Below, piece after piece: positions 54,781 to 64,000 of a stretch of 64,000 nucleotides of DNA (the stretch's first letter is position 1; the number at the start of each line of letters is the position of its first letter). Under the pieces are notes generated by a model that was given only the letters and a program-made list of their open reading frames with translations, had not been told where the DNA came from and did not search any database. Origin of the DNA: Camelus dromedarius (taxonomy: Eukaryota); NCBI RefSeq assembly GCF_036321535.1, contig NC_087437.1, positions 15,502,001-15,566,000 of the forward strand. Reading direction: 5' to 3'. A program made the translations under genes and the position numbers.

Positions 54781-55575
54781 TATCAGCTAGTGAACAGTCA
54801 TTACCCTGAGCCAGCATAAGACTTCTGGAGTTGAGGGTCCTGGAGGACAGCGATAGAAAGACTGAATTTCCTTTCCTTCTCTTTGCCCCATTTTCATAAA
54901 TATTGGGCTCATTTTCTTGATCATGCAACTTGAAGTTACTATTGATCCATCATTAATTTTGAACTGTTTGGCTTTGGGTTGCAGATCTGTTAAAATTTAG
55001 TACAGATATTCCTTGTTTGCAGTTCTGTTGAGATAATAAAAATTTGGACGTCAAAGGATACTGTGTTAACTAAATCTGTTTGGTTCCTGAGTTTTAGATA
55101 CTGAGAAGTAAGAATTGGGCTACTGAGAAATTTATTTGAAAATTTACTTGAATCTGTTCAATTCCTGGGCTTGGATATCAGAAATTTGGGTAGTGAGGGA
55201 TATCTGTATTCATATTCTGAAATTTTAGTTATTTTAGCATCAGTTTTCTGAACAATGACTAACAAATTATAACAACCCTTAGGTGGCAGCACATCTATGA
55301 AAATCATCATGAATTCAGCATTTAGCGTCTGTGTTTCATACTCTTCACCATTAGGGTGTTAAATTTAGAAAGACAGGTAACCAGGGGCGCAGTATGTGAG
55401 GAATTCAGTTTTACTCTGCAGTCCTACCAGCTAAGGGAGTAATGGGGCTCCTGCTGTGGAGAAAGGGGCATGTGTACCCAGGGACCTGGGGGAAAATTAA
55501 AGTAAAAGTGAATCTGGAAAGTAGTGACAGCAAGGGGAAGCACTTAGAAATTAAGTACCTTAATTGCCTCTTCAG

Positions 55576-55689
55576 GAATTTCGTCAGAAATCACTGGACT
55601 GGGAGAAGCAGCGCTTGATTTACCAGCAACAGGTCTCCTCTCTGGAGGCGCAAAGGAAGGCGCTGGCTGAACAATCAGAGATAATTCAG
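55576..55689 (+). CDS. CEP63: CEP63 coding exon 5 (gene continues beyond the window)
   Basis: cttcag|[38 protein letters not shown]|gtatgt, 114 nt. Confidence 0.96.
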
Positions 55690-55769
55690 GTATGTTTAGG
55701 ACATTTTGAAATAATGAGAGGCAGAGAGGTTTTGATTAAATTTGAACTGGCTTAAAGCAGTGCACGTGT

Positions 55770-56095
55770 GCTCGCCCATGTTCATGAGGACATGCTCGCG
55801 TGTCCTCATGGCCACCCGCTCCTTTGCTTGCTTCTTTCCTCACCGGCTCCTTGCTCCCTCACTCGTGCTCGCTCTCACTCTCGCTCTGTCCCTGTAGTGC
55901 ATTCTCGTGCTCACTCCATACCCACATTCATGTTCACTTTCCTAATCTTGGTCTCTCCCTCTCTCCCTCCCTTTCTCTTTCTAGCTCTGTTCTCTCTCTG
56001 TCTCCTTTTCCATTTCTTCATGGCTGTGGTTCACTTGTTTTGGCTGTTTCTGGCCCTTGCCTTGGCTCTGCTTCTATGTCTTGCGCCGTCTCTGT
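55770..56095. repeat. Degenerate CT-rich low-complexity tract
   Basis: Directly visible (ctcgctctcactctcgctctg...). Confidence 0.7.
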
Positions 56096-58879
56096 GATAG
56101 TGGGGGTCCCTTGGCTGAGGTCCCTCAGTGGGGAGCTTTGGCTAGTCCACCTGTTTGGACACAAATACTGACGGATGCACACTAACTAAAAGCAGTATCT
56201 TTGCGGTAACAGAAACACTTCTTAGAACACTACCAGAAACCTTTTTTTAACAAGAACAAACAAGTAGCTTAAGCGAAATGAAAAATCAGCCACCTAATTT
56301 AAGAATTTCCTTCTTAGAACATGCACAGTTTATTTGCTTTTTTCAATTAAAAAGCAAAAACAGAAAGGGAAATGAACATTTGTGACCATCATCTTCTGTG
56401 TACTAGAGATACTGTCTCAATGCTTCTTCTAAGTGTAGTTGTCTAGAATATGTCATTATATGTTATCTGTCTAATCTTACGATAATTTGTCAAGGTTGAT
56501 AGTTTTCTCAGTTTTATAGAAGGGGGAATTACTGGATAAGTTAATTGAGCTGGAGGGAAGCTTAAAAAAATTTTTTAAAAACAGTCTGTATTATTTGCTG
56601 TGCTAAGTCTCCATAATACACTGGCTTTTAAGCATCCCTCCTGAGATATCCGCTGGCTAATAAACTACCACGAATGGCTGTGCTGTGAGTGGCTCCACTC
56701 AGAATGGCAGGAGGGGCCCCTGCAAGCTCAGAGAACAGCAGTGTTTACTAGGCTGCAGCAAGCTGTGCAGTCAGAGGGGGCCAATAAAATCCTGGAGGTC
56801 TAGACCGGAGTTGTTTTGACCTGAATGCTAAAGCACTATACAAGCATAAATAGCTGTAAGACATTGTTCTGTTCTAATTGTAGCCTTCAGATTGGCAAAA
56901 AAGAAAATTGAGTCCTCGTATTTAGTTCTCAATTACTCATATGTGTAATGTGCTTATTACCGACTGTGGATCCTTTTTCCAAGTTACTCTAGCAATTACT
57001 CTGCATAATTAAAACGTCGCTGTTAGTAAAAATGAGATTTTTGTTTACCACAGTTCAGCTAGGGTTAGAATAAGAAGGCTTTAAAAAGGCAACATTTGTT
57101 TTCCTTACTTAAAGGTATTTGAATTGTTTTTCCCATAGTTTTGTTTAAACTAAAACTGCTTCATTGTTTAACTCAAAAAATGTTACTTATATTTCTTTCT
57201 CCCTTAGTAAACTAAATAAAATTGAATCTATTTATGATTCAGTGTGTAGCAGTACTGTATGGTCCCTATTTAAAAAAATAAATAAATTTCTGTATTCCCA
57301 TTATCCAGCATTAATAGGTATCATTTTACCAATTTTTTTTATTGTGGTGAAAAACATTAAAACTTACCACCTTACCCACTGTAGAGAGTATAGTATAGTT
57401 AATGCGAACTCTGTGCATGTTGTTGTATAACAAATCTGTAGAACTTTTTTAACTTGCAGAATTAAGTCCCTATAATCATGGAACAATTCATTTTGCCCGT
57501 CTTGTTTCATCCTTCCCTACTTTTTATTTTTGGCTGGAATATTACAAAGCAAATCACAGACATTGTCTTATTTCCTAACAGATTAGGACTTTAAAAAAAT
57601 AATTAAGTATACCAGTGTCACATTAACAGAATAAATAGTAATTTTGAAATGATTTAATATCTATTCTGTTCAGATTTTCTCAGTTGTGTGAAATAATGTC
57701 TTTTTACAGTTGGATGTTCAACTTGGACTCCGTCATGGTTGAAACATTGCATTTTGTTGATATGTGAATCACCAGTGAATAGTAAAGGCAGAAAATCTGA
57801 GACCAGATAAATGGATATCAACATCCACTCTTCCCCACAATTAAAATTTTTTTGATATAAATCTTTTTCTTACATACTTTTAAAATTCTAAAAGTGGAGG
57901 TCAGAATAACTTCTCACTCCTTGAGTTATATATTTGCCTGAGTTTTTCAATTAGCCACTGAAATGACATGTTCATTTTAGAAAACTGAGGAAATATTGAT
58001 GAAATGAGAAATAATAACACACTCGTAACTCTATCCCTTAGAGATTTACCCTGATTAACACTTCAGTGTAAATTTCTTCTGACTTTTTCTATGCTTACGT
58101 GCAGTGTACATTACATTCACATACATTTGGTAGGAAAAACATTGTATGTGTGTGTATGGGAGGGATAGTTGCAAACTTTAAAAATTACCAAGCATGGCAA
58201 AATGTTAATAATTCTTGATGCTAGGTGATGAATATATAGGAGTTCATCATCTTATTCTTTCCATATTTGTATATGTTTGAAAATTTCCATTAAATATAAT
58301 GTGAAAATGTAAATTATATGCCTACAATGTGACAGGAACTATGCTAAGCACTGTATAATATAAAATTTGATTTGATTTTCACAAATTAAAAATTTTCCTT
58401 TTTAAATATGACACATCAACCAATGTGAGTCATAAAGATTACATAGAAGTCTAGTCTACCATTAAGTATACCTTCATTTATGTAACCAATCCCTTGTTGT
58501 AGAACATTTGCTTTTTTACTTTTTCAGTGTTATAAGTAGCGCTTAGGTGAACATCCTTATATAAACATACAGGAGAGTGTATGTCTATTTATTTTCTTAG
58601 GAATTAGGCCTAGAAATGAGATTGCTGCATTAGAATAGTTGTACATTCTTAAAGATTTTAATGTATATTGTCACAGTCCTCTTCAAAGATGTATTGATAC
58701 ACACTTCCACCAGCAGTGTTTGAGAATATCCATTTCCTCACACTTTTTCAATATTGGGCACTATGTTTTATTTTATTTCATTATTTCTTTTAATTTCTCC
58801 TACTTTTAGGCTTGTCTTTGCCAATCTGATAGATGAAAAAAATGGTATCCAGTTGTTTTAATTTGCATTTTTGGAGGTA

Positions 58880-61800
58880 TTTTTAAAATTTATTTTTATA
58901 CAATTTTTAAAGGTTATTTTACATTTACAATTACTATAGAATATTGGCTATATTCCCTGTGTTGTGCAATCCATTGTTGAGCTTATCTTACACCCAGTAG
59001 TTTGTACCTCCCACCCCACTCCTCCACCCCTAAATCGCCCTTCCCTCCCCTCCCCTACTGGTAACCAATGGTTTGTTCTCTATTTATGTGCGTCTGCTTC
59101 TTTTTTGTTATATTCACTAGTTTGTTGTAAGTGTTAGATTCCACATATAAGTGATATCATACAGTATTTGTCTTTTCCCTGTTTGACTTACTTCACTTAT
59201 GCCTTCCCAGTCCATCCATATTGCTGCAAATGGCACAATTTCATTCTTTTTTTTTTTTTTTTTTTTTTTTTTCAGATATATACCCAGGAGTGGAATTGCT
59301 GGGTCATATGGCAGTTCTACTTTTAGTTTTTTGAAAAACCTCCATCTTGTTTTCCACAGTGTGTGCACCAATTCACATTCCCACCAACAGTGTACACGGG
59401 TTCCCTTTTCTCCACGACCTCGCCAACATTTGTTACTTGTGTTCTTTTTGATGATAGCCATTCTGACAGGTGTCGGGTGATATCTCATTGTGGTTTTGAT
59501 TTGCATTTCCCTGCTAGTTAGTGAGATTGAGCAGATTTTCATGTGCTTGTTGGCCATCTGTATTTCCTATTTAGAGAAATGTCTGTTCAGTTCTTTTGCC
59601 CAGTTTTAAATTGGATTTTTTGTTTTTTTGATGTTGAGTTTTATGAGCTATTTATATATATTAGATATTAAGCCCTTATTGGTCATACTGTTTGCAAATA
59701 TTTTCTCCCATTCAATAAGTTGTCTTTTTATTTTGTCAATGGTTTCCTTTGCTGTGCAAAAGCTTTTAAGTTTAAGTCCCATTTGTTTATTTTTGCTTTT
59801 ATTTCCTTTATTTTAGGAGATGAATACAAAAAAAAAATTGCAGTGATTTATGTCAAAGAGTGTCTGCCAATGTTTTCCTCCAGGAATTTTATAGTACCTG
59901 GTCTTACATTTAGGTCTTTAATCCATTTTGAGTTTATTTTTGTATATGGTGTTAGAGAATTTTCTCATCTCATTCTTTTACATGTAGCTGTCTAGTGTCC
60001 CCAACACCACTATTGAAGAGACTGTCTTTTCTCCACTGTATATTTTTACTTCTTTTGCCATAGATTAATTAATTATAAGTGCATGGGTTTATTTCAGGAC
60101 TTTTTATCCTGTTCCGTTGATCTATGGGTTTTTTGTACCATACTGTTTTGATAACTGTAGCTTTGTAGTATAGTCTGAAGTCAGGGAGCATGATTCCCAC
60201 AGCTCGATTCTTCTTTCTCAAGATTGTTTTGGCTGTTGGGGTTTTTTTGTGTTTCCATAAAATTTTAACATTTTTTGTTACAGTTCTGTGAAAAATATCA
60301 TTGGTAATTTGATAGGGATTGCATTGAATCTCCATATTGCCTTGGTAGTATGGTGATTTTAACAATATTGATTCTTCCAATCTAAGAACGCAGTATATCT
60401 TTCCATCTGTGTCATCTTCAGTTTCTTTCATCAGTGTCTTACAGTTTTTGTAGTACAGATCTTTTGACTCCTTAGGTAGATTTATTCCTTAGGTATTTGA
60501 TTCTTTTTGATGTAATGGTAAATGTGATTGTTTTCTTAATTTTTCTTTCTGCTGCATGTTGTTAGTGTATAGAAATGCAATAGATTTCTGTATATTAAAT
60601 TTGTATCCTGCAACTTTACTGAATTCATTGATGAGCTCTAGTAGTTTTCTGGTGGCATCTTTAGGATTTTCTATGTATGGTAACATGTAATCTGCAAACA
60701 GTGACAGTCTTACTTCTTCCTTTCCAATTTGAATTTCTTTTTATCTCTTTTCCTTGTCTGAATGCTATGGCTAGAACTTCCAATACTATGTTGAATAAAA
60801 ACTGTGAGAGTGGGCATCCTTGTTTTGTTCCTGATCTTAAAGGAAATGCTTTCAACTTTTCCTTTTTTTAGCATGATGTTAGTTGAGAGTTTGTCATATA
60901 TGGCCTTTATTATGTTGAGATATGTTTCCTCAGTGCCCACTTTCTGGAGACTTTTTTATCATAAATCGATGTTGGATTTTATCAAAAACTTTTTCTGCGC
61001 CTGTTGAGATGATCATATGGTTTTTATTCTTCAGTTTGTTAATGTGGTATATCACATTGATTGATTTGTGGATATTGAAAAGTCCTTGTATCCTGGGTAT
61101 AGATTCTACTTGATCATGCTGTATAATCTTTTTTAATATATTGTTGGATTCAGTTTGCTAGTATTTTGTTGAGGATTTTTGCATCAATGTTCATCAGTGA
61201 TACTGGCCTGTAATTTTCTTTTTGTGTGTCTGTGATATCTTGTCTGGTTTTGGTATCAGAGTGATGTTCGCCTCATAGACAAAGTCTGAAACTGTTCCTT
61301 CCTCTGCAGTTTTTTGGAATAGTTTCAGAAGGATAGGTGGTAACTCTTCTTTAAATGTTTGGTAGAATTTACCTGTGAAGCCATCTGGTCTTGGACTTCT
61401 GTTTGTTGGGAGTTTTAAAATTATTCAGTTTCATTACTGATAATTGGTCTGTTCATATTTTCTATTTTCTTCTTGGTTCAGTCTTGGAAGATTTTACCTT
61501 TCTAAGCATTTGTCCATTTCTTCTAAGTTGCTCATTTTATTGATGTATAGTTGCTCGTTAGTAGTCTCTTAAGATCCTTTGTACTTCTGTGATGTTGGTT
61601 GTAACTTGTCTGTTTTCATTCTGATTTTATTGATTTGAGGCCCCCCCCATTTATGAGACTGGTTAAAGATTTATCAGTTTTATCTTTTCAAAGAATCAGT
61701 TTTCAGTTTCATTGATCTCTTCTATTTTTTTTTTCAGTCTCTTTCATTTATTTCTGCTCTGATCTTTATGATTTCTTTCATTCTAGTAACTTTAGATTTT

Positions 61801-64000
61801 ATTTCTTCTTTCTCTAGTTGCTTTAGGTATAAGGTTAGGTTGTTTATTTGAGATTTTTTCCTATTTCCTGAGGTAAGCTTGCATTGCTATAAACTTCCCA
61901 TTTAGAACTGCTTTTATTGTGTCCCATAGGTTTTGGATCCTCGTGTTTTTGTTTTCACTTGTCTCTAGGTACTATTATGTTTCCTCTTTGATTTCTTCAG
62001 TGATCCATTGGTTGTTTAGTAGCATATTGTTTAGCACCTTGTATTTGTGGTTTTTTGCAGTGTTTTCTCTTGTAGTTGATCTCTAGTCTCATAGTGTTGT
62101 GGTCGGAAAAGATGCTTGATATGATTTCAGTTTTCTTAAATCTACCCAGTTGTGGTTTGTGGCCCAGCATGTGATCTGCTGTGGAGAATGGTCCATGTGC
62201 ACTTGAAAAGAATGTGTATTCTGTTGCTTCCAGGTGGAATGCTGTCTATATATCAGTGAAGTCTATTTGGTCTGTTTGTTATTTAAGGCCTGAGGTTCCT
62301 TATTTTCTGTCTAGATGATTTGTCCATTGATGTAAGTGGGGTGTTAAAGTCCTCACTATTGTGTTACTGTCAATTTCTCCTTTAATGTCTGTTAATATTT
62401 GCCTTATATATTAAGGTGCTCCTATGTTGGGTGTATATATTTGCCATTGTTATCTTATTTTTGGATTGATCCCTGGATCATTATATAGTGTCCTTTGTCT
62501 CTTGTAACAGTCTTCATTTTAGAGTCTGTTTTGTCTAAGTGTTGATACTCTTGCTTTCTTTTGATTTCCATTTGCCTGTAATACCTTTTCCATCCCCTCA
62601 CTTTCAGTCTGTATGTGTTTCTAGATCTGAAGTGAGTCTCTTGTAGGCAGCATATATATGGGTCTTATTATTGTATCCATTCACCCAGTCTGTCTTTTGG
62701 TTGGAGCATTTAGTCCATTTACATTTAAGGTAATTATCAGTATGTATGTTCTTATTGCCACTTTGAATTGTTTTGGTTTTGTTTTGTGTAGGTCTTTCCA
62801 CCCCTTCCCCCACTTTTTCTTTTATTCTCTTTTCTTGTGATTTGATGACTTTCTTTAGCATTATGTTTGGATTCCTTTTTCTTTTTTATGTGTATGTCTG
62901 CTCTAGATTTTTGATTTGTGGTTACCATGAGGCTTTTATATAGCAGTCTGTGTATGTGATTCTTTTAAGTTGCTGATCTCTTAATTTCAAGTGCATTTTT
63001 AAAACCTTGTATTTGTACTCTTGTCCCTTCACGATTACTGTTTTTGATATCATATTTTACATCTAATTGTTTTGTGTATCCCTTAACTGCTTATTGTGGG
63101 TATAGATGACTTTACTACTTTTTGTCTTTTTACCTCCCTACTAGCTTTGTAAGTGATTTCCTACCTTTACTGTATCTTTGCCTTTACCAGTGAGCTTTTT
63201 CATTTCATAATTTTCTTGTTTCCAGTTATGGTTTTTTTCTTTTCTACTTGGAGAAGGTCCTTTAACATTTGTTGTACAGCTGGCTTGGTGGTGCTATAAT
63301 CTTTTAGCTTTTGCTTGTCTCTAAAGCTTTTGATTTCTCCATCAAATCTGAATGAGAGCCTTGCTGAGTAGAGTATCCTTGGTTGTAGGTTTTTCCCTTT
63401 CATCACCTTAAATATATCATGCCGCTCCCTTCCAGCCTGCAGAGTTTTTGCTGGTAGCCTTGTGGGAGTTCCCTTGTATGGTACTTGTTGCTCTTCCCTT
63501 GCTACTTTTAATATGCTCTCTTTATCTTTAATTTTTGTCATTTTGATTACATTGTGTCTTGGTGTGGTCCTCTTTGGGTTGATCCTATTTGGGACTGTCT
63601 GCCCTTCCTGGGCTTAGCTGGATTTTTTCTTCCCCAGGTTAGGGATGTTTTCAGCTTTTATGTTCTTAAATATGTTCTCAGGCCCTTTCCCTCTCTTTTC
63701 TTCTCCTGAGACCCCTATAATGTGAGTATTAGTGAGCTTGATGCCATCCCAGGGGTCTCTTAAATTGTCCTCATTTTTTTTCGTTCTTTTTTTTTTTCTT
63801 TTTTCTGTTCAGCAGCAGTGATTTCCACTACTCTTTTTTCCAGCTCACTGATCTGTTTCTCTGTATCATTTATTCTACTGTTGATTCCTTCTAGTGATTT
63901 TTCATTTCAGTTATTTTATTTGTCTCTTTTTAATTGTTCTTTATATTTTCTAACTCTTTGTTTACAACTTCTAATTTTTTGCCCTATGCATCCATTCTTC
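58880..64000 (-). mobile_element. Long inactivated L1 (3'UTR, broken ORF2, ORF1), running off the window end
   Basis: Minus-strand ORFs give L1 ORF2 RT motifs ([41 protein letters not shown]) and ORF1 (LQPRILYSARLSFRFDGEIKSF), split by frameshifts. Confidence 0.95.

Noticed and set aside
55768..56171. Hydrophobic membrane-protein-like ORFs
   Set aside because: Translation of a CT-rich low-complexity intronic tract.
59117..63541. Reverse transcriptase fragments as a possible novel RT or retron-like system
   Set aside because: Ordinary L1 ORF1/ORF2 remnants with frameshifts and stops.

Overview
This is mammalian nuclear DNA, not prokaryotic. It is probably a camelid, inferred from tRNA-Ala-derived SINEs resembling the camelid vic-1 family and the absence of recognisable Alu, B1, Bov-tA, PRE-1 or Can-SINE copies. 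It contains the complete ANAPC13 gene on the - strand (74 aa, coding exons 22413-22511 and 18361-18486). It also contains the 5' part of CEP63 on the + strand (five coding exons, 185 codons, continuing beyond the window). The two genes sit head-to-head on a CpG-island bidirectional promoter (~23330-24560). A second, gene-less CpG-rich element lies at ~5440-6090. The rest is intergenic or intronic DNA rich in L1, L2, MIR, MaLR/ERVL/ERV1 LTR and Tigger/hAT remnants. Almost all ORFs in the supplied track are spurious or L1-derived. I see no demonstrable new biological system. The most unusual items are retrotransposon products defined by target-site duplications (TSDs). One is a 3-kb mosaic L1 insertion in a CEP63 intron whose ORF1 start is followed by a GTAAGT donor in frame with the next CEP63 exon. 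Others are a SINE-L1 chimera and an apparently L1-retroposed ERV1 transcript. Repeat family names come from remembered consensus sequences and need RepeatMasker/Dfam confirmation. Boundaries of old repeats are approximate.
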